DNA of 40,667 bases from a virus. Below, one piece after another: positions 1 through 7,770 of the stretch. Position numbers and translations under genes: made by a program. How positions within the stretch are numbered: position 1 is the first letter of the stretch; every line of letters starts with the position of its first letter. The notes under the pieces were generated by a model that did not search any database, was not told the DNA's origin, and saw nothing but the letters and a program-made list of their open reading frames with translations. The stretch is taken from IMG/VR virus record IMGVR_UViG_3300034135_000005, positions 1 through 40,667 of that record. One strand, 5' to 3'.

Positions 1-127
1 TTGGAATGCGCGATGCCCTTCGGCCACGCACAAGTTGGTCCTGATATTTCTCGCGAACGGCACGCCGCAGCTCGGCTATGCCGCGAACCTCGAATGGATC
101 GGCATGTGCGAGTTCGCCGGCTATGAC
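1..127 (+). repeat. Terminal overlap, identical to 40541-40667 (circular closure)
   Basis: Base-by-base comparison of the first and last 127 nt shows no mismatch. Confidence 0.95.
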
Positions 128-487
128 GACTATCAAGATGGGCCGCGCTACGTTGGCGAGCTAGCCGATGCGGGGCTGCTACACTGGCCCGACGGTGTTC
201 AGTGCTATGTCGCTTACAGCGGGGTCTATCATCCGCACGTCGATTGGGACGAGCCGAAGACGCTTCGCAAGCGTGTACGCGCCCTGATAGATCGCGATGG
301 CGACGGCTGCCGATACTGCAAGAAGATATTTCCCCACTATCACGTCGATCACGTAATTCCGCGCTCACGCGGCGGGCCGGATGAAATGGACAACCTCGTT
401 TTGGCTTGTCCCGCCTGCAACATGGCGAAGGGCGCTCAGACGCCTACGGAGTGGCTTGGGAAGCCGCCATGGAGGACGGCTCCATGA
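2..487 (+). CDS. HNH endonuclease with N-terminal HTH-like domain (3' part; the gene starts at 40515 and wraps the junction)
   Basis: No stop upstream to the window edge. The same frame continues from the GTG at 40515. HNH motif CRYCKKIF..HVDHVIPRSRGGPDEMDNLVLACPACNMAKG. Confidence 0.85.
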   Translation, partial: WNARCPSATHKLVLIFLANGTPQLGYAANLEWIGMCEFAGYDDYQDGPRYVGELADAGLLHWPDGVQCYVAYSGVYHPHVDWDEPKTLRKRVRALIDRDGDGCRYCKKIFPHYHVDHVIPRSRGGPDEMDNLVLACPACNMAKGAQTPTEWLGKPPWRTAP

Positions 488-1353
488 GCGGTTATGCCTG
501 CCTCCACCGCAGCCTGATCGGCCACCCCGCGTTCCGCAACGACGCGGAGGCCATGGCGTTCGGCTACATGGTGCTGCGCGCCTCATGGAAGCCCACCCGC
601 GTGCGCTACAAGGGCAAGGCGATCACCCTCGCCCGTGGACAGTTCGCCATGTCCATACGGGACCTCGCTGAAGCGATGGATCGCGACAAGGGTTGGGTTG
701 AGAGGCTCCTAAAGCGCCTCAAAGCCGAGACGATGTGCGAGACACGTACCGAGACAGGCGTGATGGTGATAACCATCTGCAATTACGACAAGTTTCAGGT
801 CAAAGAGGCAGAGGCCAAGACACCGCGCGAGACGCCCGCAAGACAGCCGCAAGACACAGAACAAGAAGGGGAAGAACTTAAGAAGGAAGAGACCCCCCCT
901 AACCCCCCTGCCGGGGGGAGAAGAGGGAAAACCCGTCTTCCTTCAGATTGGCGGCTTCCTCCGATCAGCGACCTTGGGCCGAAGGCGAGGGCGTGTGCCG
1001 AGCAGTGGACAGCCGCCTGCTACGAGACGCACGGCGAGGCTTTCGTCGCGTACTGGTCGGGCAACGGCAAGATGATGGCGAGCTGGGAAGCCACTTGGGC
1101 GAACCGCGTAATCGCCCTGCACAGCACCGTCATGCGGGACCAGAAGTTCGGCAACGCGCCCACCGGCCCAAGCGGCACGGCGCCTGTTGTCAGCATGGAA
1201 GCCTACAACGCCGCCGCCGCGCGGCTCGCTGCGAAAGGCTTCGACGCCAACAGCGGCACCCGCGCCGAGCAGCCTCGCAACGGAGCCACCGGCCCGCCGC
1301 GATCGGTCGGAGCCCTGATCCCTGACCTCGCTCGAATGGCTGGCAACGCATGA
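484..1353 (+). CDS. Putative replication initiator / replisome organizer
   Basis: ATG 484 overlaps the upstream TGA (ATGA), with GGAGGA 7 nt upstream. Winged-helix-like N-terminus (ITLARGQFAMSIRDLAEAMDRDKGWVERLLKRL), low-complexity linker, W-rich C-terminus (ASWEATWANRV). Family assigned from memory only. Confidence 0.6.
   Translation: MSGYACLHRSLIGHPAFRNDAEAMAFGYMVLRASWKPTRVRYKGKAITLARGQFAMSIRDLAEAMDRDKGWVERLLKRLKAETMCETRTETGVMVITICNYDKFQVKEAEAKTPRETPARQPQDTEQEGEELKKEETPPNPPAGGRRGKTRLPSDWRLPPISDLGPKARACAEQWTAACYETHGEAFVAYWSGNGKMMASWEATWANRVIALHSTVMRDQKFGNAPTGPSGTAPVVSMEAYNAAAARLAAKGFDANSGTRAEQPRNGATGPPRSVGALIPDLARMAGNA
815..918 (+). repeat. Iteron-like repeats, polypurine tract and C/G homopolymer runs inside the replication gene (candidate origin)
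   Basis: CAAGACA at 816, 839 and 850 (GCAAGACA twice, 11 bp apart). About 40 nt of nearly pure purine at 851-893. C7 (893-899), C6 (903-908), G6 (913-918). Confidence 0.3.
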
Positions 1354-1456
1354 CCTTCCGGCCCGTCACCGCCCGCAAGTGGGAATGGAGCTGCGCTTAC
1401 TGCTCAGCCCGTAGTCCTAATCCTGAGAATATATGTTGGAAGTGTGAGAGGAAGGC

Positions 1457-2050
1457 ATGAGCGATATGGCGCGTCCTAAGGACCGGGCTGGCGGGCTTCG
1501 CCCTGAGCCTGCTGCGCAGTCTCAGCCTGCCGGCGCTCATCCCTCGCGCAAGCTGCAAGCAGCGATCGACGCAGGGCGTGAGCAGGGGAGGCTAGCCCTG
1601 TTCTTCGGTGCGAACCCAATGGGCCACTACCTCCACCACCCAAGCGGTCAGAAGATTTGGAATAACTGCGATGTGCCCGCTTTGCCGTGGAACGTAGGTC
1701 TTATGGACGGGGGCTTGCTCAAGAACGGCAAGCGGCCGGACGTGTACGATGGCAAAGTCTATTGGACTGTGGGCGGCCTATCGCTTTGGTATGCATTCTT
1801 CTGGTGGGATAGATCCGGCGACACACGCCGAGCTTCCAACTCCGGGTTCTATGTGCGCGGTTTCGGTTGGCCTGAAACCACGGCGGCGTTCGAGTACGCC
1901 TGCTCGCAATTCCCTCGCATAGTCGCAAGGCAGCATCACCCGCTGGTCCTCCAGGCTCCCCGCGATAGCGACGGAAGCCCGCAGGGCGGAGACGGCGAAG
2001 CTGGCTCCGTGCGTAGCACGACGGCGCGGGCCGAAGGCATCGCCCAATGA
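1457..2050 (+). CDS. Hypothetical protein; last ~30 codons are repeat element copy A
   Basis: RBS GAGAGGAAGG before the ATG and high third-position GC. The N-terminal MSDMAR leader resembles that of the PAPS-reductase-like gene at 38443. Confidence 0.7.
   Translation: MSDMARPKDRAGGLRPEPAAQSQPAGAHPSRKLQAAIDAGREQGRLALFFGANPMGHYLHHPSGQKIWNNCDVPALPWNVGLMDGGLLKNGKRPDVYDGKVYWTVGGLSLWYAFFWWDRSGDTRRASNSGFYVRGFGWPETTAAFEYACSQFPRIVARQHHPLVLQAPRDSDGSPQGGDGEAGSVRSTTARAEGIAQ
1961..2045 (+). repeat. Mini-hairpin repeat element, copy A
   Basis: CGCGATAGCGA...GGCATCGCCC. Shares a perfect 28-nt block (2018-2045) with copy B. Contains CGC-GATA-GCG, GCCC-GCA-GGGC, GGC-GAA-GCT and GCC-GAA-GGC stems. Confidence 0.8.
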
Positions 2051-2084
2051 CGCTCGCGGATCACATACAGGTAAAGGGGAAGGG

Positions 2085-2669
2085 ATGATGGCGAAAGGAA
2101 GTAGGAGCCGCAGGGCGCTTACGCCGGCAGAGGTCGAGACGCGGCGCGCTGCCAAGGCGCAGGCTGAGCTTCACGCAAAGGCCGTGACGATCGGCATCCC
2201 GCTTGAGCAGCTCGCGCGCGGCGACTTTGTCGAGGTGGACGTGAAGCTGAGCACCGGGGAGAAGGTGACGAGCTACAAGACGCTAGCCAACCGCGGCGGC
2301 ACACCGATCGCACGGTGGAAGGCTGCCAAGCTGCTGAGCGAGACACAGCTTGCGGCGATCACCTACTGCGAGAACCTGTGGGGACAGCTCAACGGCAAGT
2401 CGCTGGTGATGGACTACGGCAAGGTCATCGGCGGCACTGGCGGCAACGGGTGGGCAGAGCAGGAAGCCCTCGACGATCTGCACCGCATCAAGGGCTATAT
2501 CCCGATGAAGTGGTGGTCGATCTTCGAGAGCGTGTGCCGCTTCGACGAGCCCGCCGGCTTCGCCGGTTCGCGCATCACGGACTGCGCCAACGATCAGGTC
2601 TCTGCCGCCCGCACGACGGTCCAGTTCGTTGCGGACGTAATCGCGATGAAGGAACGCCTAAGTGGTTGA
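2085..2669 (+). CDS. Hypothetical protein, last gene of the rightward early operon (possible late-gene regulator)
   Basis: RBS AGGGGAAGGG before ATGATG. Coding-like GC3. Followed 45 nt later by a strong terminator. Confidence 0.7.
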   Translation: MMAKGSRSRRALTPAEVETRRAAKAQAELHAKAVTIGIPLEQLARGDFVEVDVKLSTGEKVTSYKTLANRGGTPIARWKAAKLLSETQLAAITYCENLWGQLNGKSLVMDYGKVIGGTGGNGWAEQEALDDLHRIKGYIPMKWWSIFESVCRFDEPAGFAGSRITDCANDQVSAARTTVQFVADVIAMKERLSG

Positions 2670-2714
2670 CTTGCGCACCCCCCGCATGTTACGGGCGGCG
2701 TCATAGTTATAGGT

Positions 2715-2753
2715 GCGCCCGGAGCCGTAAGGTTCGCGGGCGCTTTTGCGTTT
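2715..2753 (+). terminator. Rho-independent terminator
   Basis: GCGCCCGGAGCC-GTAA-GGTTCGCGGGCGC: about 12-bp stem with one bulge and a GNRA loop, followed by TTTTGCGTTT. Confidence 0.7.
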
Positions 2754-2894
2754 GGGCCTGCAACCGCTGTTCTCCCCTGGTGGCGAGTGCAGGTCCAAGC
2801 CCGCCAGCACCGATCATCCGACGCGATCAACGCAAGCAAGCTGGCATAAGCGTTCGGCACTGGCTGAGCGCTGGCGGGATATATCGGAGCACGC

Positions 2895-3092
2895 ATGGCC
2901 AACCCGCAATTCAGAGTCGTGCTCCCGCCTAAGGGATCAAGCTTCGGCACGCGCCTGTTCGTCAACGACACCGAGATAACGAACTTAGTGTCCGTGGATG
3001 TCAGCAACAGCGCAGCGGTCGATGATCTAGTAAGCGCCGCGATCACGATCCGCTTGGTGGGCGAGCCTGTGCCGGTGTCAGTCACCGCATAG
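2895..3092 (+). CDS. Small hypothetical protein (65 aa), first ORF of the late region
   Basis: ATG ORF with coding-like composition. No recognisable motif. Confidence 0.5.
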   Translation: MANPQFRVVLPPKGSSFGTRLFVNDTEITNLVSVDVSNSAAVDDLVSAAITIRLVGEPVPVSVTA

Positions 3093-3106
3093 CTCCTGAG
3101 TTCGGC

Positions 3107-3370
3107 ATGGCAGAGCGCCTTCGAGGCAGGGCAGGCGTAGCACAACGCAAGCGCCGCCTAGCCGCAGAGCCTCTGTGCCGAGACTGTAGGGCCAAGGGAC
3201 TAACAACCGAGGCGCAGGTGATTGATCACATCGTCCCGCTCGCATTGGGTGGGGACGATGCGGACGCTAATTGCCGAGCGCTCTGCCATCCATGCCACGA
3301 TGCTCGCACCCGTGAGCAGTTCGGACACCGCGAGCGGGTCAGCTTCGGTGAGGACGGGTGGCCCCTGTAG
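3107..3370 (+). CDS. HNH endonuclease (terminase-associated type)
   Basis: CRDC..HIVPLALGGDDADANCRALCHPCHDARTREQFG. Sits immediately upstream of the cos-like gap and TerS, as in HK97-type cos phages. Confidence 0.85.
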   Translation: MAERLRGRAGVAQRKRRLAAEPLCRDCRAKGLTTEAQVIDHIVPLALGGDDADANCRALCHPCHDARTREQFGHRERVSFGEDGWPL

Positions 3371-3613
3371 CAACGATATGCCGTGGAACGGTTCGAAAAC
3401 AACAAGCCGGCGCACAATAACTGCTTTTCGTAGGCTATTTGCGCAACGCAAATCGGGAGGGGGGAGGCGGAAACTCCCGAGCTGAGCGCTAGGACACCGG
3501 CGTCGGATGTTCCTGTTGATTTCCACGCATTATAATTCGAGCTTCAGCACCTAATGAGCAACAATAGTGCGTGAAACAGTACGGATCATGCGCAACTAAA
3601 TTACAGAGGTTTT
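3371..3613 (+). promoter_or_regulatory. Candidate cos / packaging-recognition region
   Basis: Largest non-coding and least GC-rich gap of the late region, between HNH and TerS. Palindrome ATTTGCG-CAA-CGCAAAT (3437-3453). Inverted repeat TCGGGAG..CTCCCGA (3453-3480) around a G-rich run. Confidence 0.4.
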
Positions 3614-3991
3614 ATGCCTGCTCACAGGCTTCCCACGGCAAAGGCTCGCGCTACCGGCGCTGCCGAAAAGAACCCGCAGCGCCATCGCGGCAGGGTTGCG
3701 CCGACCGTTGCCGATCTCGGGCCTGCCTCTACCTTTCTCGACGTGAACGGCAGGGCCGCTTGGGAGTCGTTCAAGCGCGAGTTGCCGTGGCTGGCGGAGA
3801 GCGACCGGGCGCTGGTCGAGATCGCATCGCACGTTCGCGGGCGGCTGATCGGCGGCGAGGATGTCGGCGTTACGGCACTGAGCATGTTGCAATCGGTGCT
3901 GAGCAAGATGGGCGCGAGCCCTGCGGATCGAAGCAAGGTGACGGTGCCTGATGGCGAAGAAGCCGAAGACGAGTTCTTCGGCCCCAACTGA
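3614..3991 (+). CDS. terS: Terminase small subunit (P27 family-like)
   Basis: Size, position and sequence (AWESFKRELPWL..DRALVE..) are typical of P27-type TerS. Overlaps TerL. Confidence 0.8.
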   Translation: MPAHRLPTAKARATGAAEKNPQRHRGRVAPTVADLGPASTFLDVNGRAAWESFKRELPWLAESDRALVEIASHVRGRLIGGEDVGVTALSMLQSVLSKMGASPADRSKVTVPDGEEAEDEFFGPN

Positions 3992-5759
3992 TCGTGCCAC
4001 GGCCTATGCGCTGGCGGTCGTATCGGGCGAGATCGTCGCGGGGCCACACGTTCGGAACGCTTGCCGGCGTCACCTGAAGGATCTGGAAGACGGTCACCTT
4101 CGCGGCCTGAGCTATGACGAAGCGGACGCGGCGAAGGTCATCCGGTTCTTTGAGACGAAGCTGCGGCTGAACGGCGGCCAATTCGAGGGGCTGCCGTTCC
4201 TCCTGCACCCGAGCCAGGCTTTTAAGATCGGGTCGCTGTTCGGGTGGAAGCGGTCGGACGGCACGCGGCGGTTCCGCCGAGCCTACATCGAAGAGGGCAA
4301 GGGCAACGGCAAGTCGCCAACCGCGGCGGGTATCGGGCTCTACGGCATGACGGCGGACGGCGAGGCTGGGGCGGAGATTTACCCGGTCGCCTCGCACCGC
4401 GATCAGGCGATGGTCCTGTTCCGCGACGCGGTTTCCATGGTGAAGAAGTCGCCGGACCTCGCCAAGCGGCTGACGTTCAGCGGCGGCGCTGGGCGCGAAT
4501 ACAACATCGCGTGGCTTCAGAACGGAAGTTTCATGCGCCCGCTGAGCCGGGACGCCGGGCGCACTGGTTCGGGGCCGCGCCCGCACTTCGGCCTGGCGGA
4601 CGAGGTTCACGAGCTGACCGATCGCGCGGCGATGGAGATGGTCGAGCGCGGCTTTAAGTTTCGCCGCCAGCCGCTCATGCTGATGATCACGAACAGCGGC
4701 ACCGATCGCAATTCGGTGGCGTGGGAAGAACACGAGCACGCGATTAAGGTGGCCGCGGGCAACATCGACGCGGTGACGGACCCGACGTTCATCGGGGCGC
4801 CACTCGACGACACTACGTTCAGCTACGTGTGCTCGCTTGATGAGGGGGATGATCCTCTCTCGGACCCGAGTTGCTGGCCGAAGGCGAACCCGCTGCTCGG
4901 CGTTACGATCACGGAGGAATACCTAGCCGGTGTCGTCGCGCAGGCGAAAGCGATGCCGGGCAAGCTCAACGCGATCCTGCGGCTTCACTTCTGCGTCTGG
5001 ACCGACGCGGAAACGGCATGGATGACTCGCTCGACGCTGGAGCCGGCAATTGCTGACTTCCACCCGTCCGAGCACGCCGGCAAGCCGATCTTCCTCGGGC
5101 TCGACCTTTCGCAGAATCGCGACATTACGGCTCTCGGCGCCGTGGTGCAGACCGGCACGAACGACGACGGCAAGCCTACCTTCGACGCATGGGTGGAGGC
5201 CTGGACGCCGCGGGACACGATGGGCGCGCGGGAGCTGCGCGATAAACTGCCCTACGCGGTGTGGGAGCGGGAGGGCCACCTTCACGCGCCGGCCGGGGAG
5301 AGCATCAGCTACCTGCACGTTGCGCAGACGCTGGCGGAATATGCCCGCGACTTCGACGTGCAGATGGTCGCTTACGACCGGTTCGCGTTCAGGCGTTTCG
5401 AGGAAGACGCGCAGGAAGTCGGGCTGTCGCTGACGTTCGTGGAACACCCGCAAGGCGGGCTCAAGAAGGGCAAGGCGCTCGACGGCATGGGCGAGGGGCT
5501 ATGGATGCCCGGCTCGGTTCGGCTGCTCGAGGATGCGTTGCTGGAGCGACGGATCAGGCTGCGGCGCAATCCGGTGCTGATCTCGGCGATGATGTCGGCT
5601 GTCGCGGAAGAAGACAAATGGGGCAACCACTGGCTCGCGAAAACGCGGTCGGTGAACAAGATCGACGCGGCGGTGGCGCTGTGCATGGCGATGGGGGCGG
5701 CGATGGCATCTGACACGACCGTCTCCACCGACGACTGGCTTGCGAGCCTCGCCGCGTGA
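3951..5759 (+). CDS. terL: Terminase large subunit
   Basis: 602 aa. Walker A-like EEGKGNGKSPTAAG. Typical Terminase_1 N-terminus (ATAYALAVVSGEIVAG). Confidence 0.9.
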   Translation: MAKKPKTSSSAPTDRATAYALAVVSGEIVAGPHVRNACRRHLKDLEDGHLRGLSYDEADAAKVIRFFETKLRLNGGQFEGLPFLLHPSQAFKIGSLFGWKRSDGTRRFRRAYIEEGKGNGKSPTAAGIGLYGMTADGEAGAEIYPVASHRDQAMVLFRDAVSMVKKSPDLAKRLTFSGGAGREYNIAWLQNGSFMRPLSRDAGRTGSGPRPHFGLADEVHELTDRAAMEMVERGFKFRRQPLMLMITNSGTDRNSVAWEEHEHAIKVAAGNIDAVTDPTFIGAPLDDTTFSYVCSLDEGDDPLSDPSCWPKANPLLGVTITEEYLAGVVAQAKAMPGKLNAILRLHFCVWTDAETAWMTRSTLEPAIADFHPSEHAGKPIFLGLDLSQNRDITALGAVVQTGTNDDGKPTFDAWVEAWTPRDTMGARELRDKLPYAVWEREGHLHAPAGESISYLHVAQTLAEYARDFDVQMVAYDRFAFRRFEEDAQEVGLSLTFVEHPQGGLKKGKALDGMGEGLWMPGSVRLLEDALLERRIRLRRNPVLISAMMSAVAEEDKWGNHWLAKTRSVNKIDAAVALCMAMGAAMASDTTVSTDDWLASLAA

Positions 5760-7054
5760 ATCCTCTCGCGAAGGCGCTTGAATGGCTCCTGCCGAGTCCG
5801 GTTGAGCAGAAGGCGATCATAGGGCTTGGGGATGGTCTGCCGCTGTGGGCTGGTTCAGCGTCGCGCCAGGACGGCACAAACTTCCGCACCAACATGGTGA
5901 CGCTGGCGGAATACCAGGACAGTACCGGGACGGCTGGCACGCTCGGCATGACGGCGACGTGGGCTTGCATAAACCTGCTGGCGGGCACGATCGCGAGCTT
6001 GCCGTTGATGGTCTATCGCACGGTGGGGAGTGCGCGGGAGGTTGCCCGCGATCACCCGCTCTACCGCCTGCTTCATGACCGCCCCAACTTCGATCAGACA
6101 GCAGTCGACTTTCTCGAGTTCATGTGCGCAGCACTAGAGCTGCACGGCAACGCCTATGCCGAGAAGCGACGCACGGGCGCGCGGATCACGTCGCTGGTGC
6201 CGATCCGGCCCGATCTTGTGGTGGTGCGGCGCGTAGGCGCGGGTCTGGTCTACACCTGGACCGACGGCGGCGTACGCCGTGAGCTTGGGCAGGAGGACAT
6301 GCTTCACGTCCGCGGCTTCGGCGGCGGGCCGCTTGGCGGGGCGTCTGCGCTGTCCGTGTGCCGAGCTGCCTTCGCGTCGGCGAGCGCGGTGGAGCGATCG
6401 GCGCGGGCGATGTTCGCCAATGGCGTGCGACCTTCAGGCATCATGACGAAGGACGGCCCCCCCTTCACCGCCGAGCAGCGGAAAACAGCGGAAGGACTTC
6501 TTCAAGAGAAGTTCGTCGGGGCGATGAACGACGGTCGGCCGATGCTGCTCGACAACGGGCTGAAGTGGCAGCAGCTCACGATCAACCCCGAAGACGCGCA
6601 GATGTTGGAATCGCGCAAGTTCAGCGTGGAAGAGATTTGCCGCGTGTTCGGCGTGCCGCCGCACATGATCGGCCACACGGAGAACAGCACGTCCTGGGGA
6701 ACGGGGCTCGAGCAGCAAACGCTCGGCTTCCAGAAGTTCACCCTTCGGCGACGGCTGAAGCGCATCGAACAGGCGTTTGAGCAGCAGCTGTTGACCGAGG
6801 TCGAGCGGCGCGCCGGCATCACGGTCGAGTTCAACCTTGAAGGCTTGTTGCGGGCCGACAGCAAGGCACGCGCGGAGTTCTATAAGTCGGCACTCGGCAA
6901 CACGCAGGAGCCGGGTTGGATGACCCGCAACGAGGTTCGGCGACTAGAGAACCTGCCACCGGTCGATGGTTGGGACGACCCGATCCCCCTGATCACGGAC
7001 AACTCTGGCGACGGCGGCGGTTCGGCTCCGCCCGCCCTGCCGGCCAGGGCGTAG
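5756..7054 (+). CDS. Portal protein (HK97 family)
   Basis: 432 aa immediately after TerL (ATGA-type overlap). Phage_portal-like motifs (FGVPPHMIGH, ESRKFSVEEI). Confidence 0.9.
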   Translation: MNPLAKALEWLLPSPVEQKAIIGLGDGLPLWAGSASRQDGTNFRTNMVTLAEYQDSTGTAGTLGMTATWACINLLAGTIASLPLMVYRTVGSAREVARDHPLYRLLHDRPNFDQTAVDFLEFMCAALELHGNAYAEKRRTGARITSLVPIRPDLVVVRRVGAGLVYTWTDGGVRRELGQEDMLHVRGFGGGPLGGASALSVCRAAFASASAVERSARAMFANGVRPSGIMTKDGPPFTAEQRKTAEGLLQEKFVGAMNDGRPMLLDNGLKWQQLTINPEDAQMLESRKFSVEEICRVFGVPPHMIGHTENSTSWGTGLEQQTLGFQKFTLRRRLKRIEQAFEQQLLTEVERRAGITVEFNLEGLLRADSKARAEFYKSALGNTQEPGWMTRNEVRRLENLPPVDGWDDPIPLITDNSGDGGGSAPPALPARA

Positions 7055-7063
7055 GAGAATAGC

Positions 7064-7759
7064 ATGGCAGAGCGCCTAGAGTGCAAGTTCGCGTCCGAAG
7101 GCGTGGACGCCAAGACAGGGCAGTTCGCTGGCTACGGCGCAATCTTTGGTAACGTAGACACGCACGGCGATGTCATCGTTCCAGGCGCGTTCAAGGAGAC
7201 CTTGGTCGATTGGGCGCAGCGCGGCGGCTTGCCAGCGATGAAGCTGATGCACGGCAGTGTCGCGAACCCCTTCACCGGGTCCGATCTGCCGATCGGGCGG
7301 TGGACCGCGATGCGAGAGGATAGCCGCGGGCTGTACGTCGAAGGCAAGTTGTCCGGTCTCGACACTGATCGAGGCCGCTTCAACTATGCGCTCATGCAGG
7401 ACGGCGCCCTGAACGCGCTCAGCATCGGCTTCAAGGCTTTGCGGTTCACTCGATCGCCCACGGCACAGATCAAGCGCAGCCTCGAAAGCGTCAAGCTGGT
7501 CGAAGTGTCGTTGGTACCTGAGGGGTCAAACGATCAAGCGCTGATCACCGATGTGAAATCGTGGAGCGACGGCGAATTGCCGACGCTCCCTCAATTTGAG
7601 GACTGGCTGCGTGAGGCAGGACGGTTCTCGAAGACGCAGGCCACGGCAATCGCCGGCAAGGGTCTGTCGCAGCTGCTCCGGAGCGAGTCCGGCAGTGCAT
7701 CCGACGATGTCGCGGCCTTCCTGGCCGCGCTTGGGGCGCATTCGCCCGCTCAATCCTGA
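7064..7759 (+). CDS. Prohead protease (HK97 family, S78)
   Basis: FAGYGAIFGNVDTHGDVIVPGAFKETL..MHG motif. Lies between the portal and capsid genes. Confidence 0.85.
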   Translation: MAERLECKFASEGVDAKTGQFAGYGAIFGNVDTHGDVIVPGAFKETLVDWAQRGGLPAMKLMHGSVANPFTGSDLPIGRWTAMREDSRGLYVEGKLSGLDTDRGRFNYALMQDGALNALSIGFKALRFTRSPTAQIKRSLESVKLVEVSLVPEGSNDQALITDVKSWSDGELPTLPQFEDWLREAGRFSKTQATAIAGKGLSQLLRSESGSASDDVAAFLAALGAHSPAQS

Positions 7760-7770
7760 AGGAAACTGAC

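Noticed and set aside
2853-2870. Sigma-54-type promoter (CGGCAC-N5-GAGC) upstream of the first late ORF
   Set aside because: Only the GG and GC dinucleotides at the correct 12-nt spacing match, and the -12 element is poor. This is too weak to call.
3870-4739. 289-aa minus-strand ORF inside the terminase genes. Similar antisense ORFs at 12763-13509, 15293-15907, 16678-17457, 17760-18566, 19083-19883 and 35907-36725.
   Set aside because: All are antisense to genes with clear family signatures. Their composition is Arg/Pro/Ala-dominated, and the GC3 signal belongs to the opposite strand.
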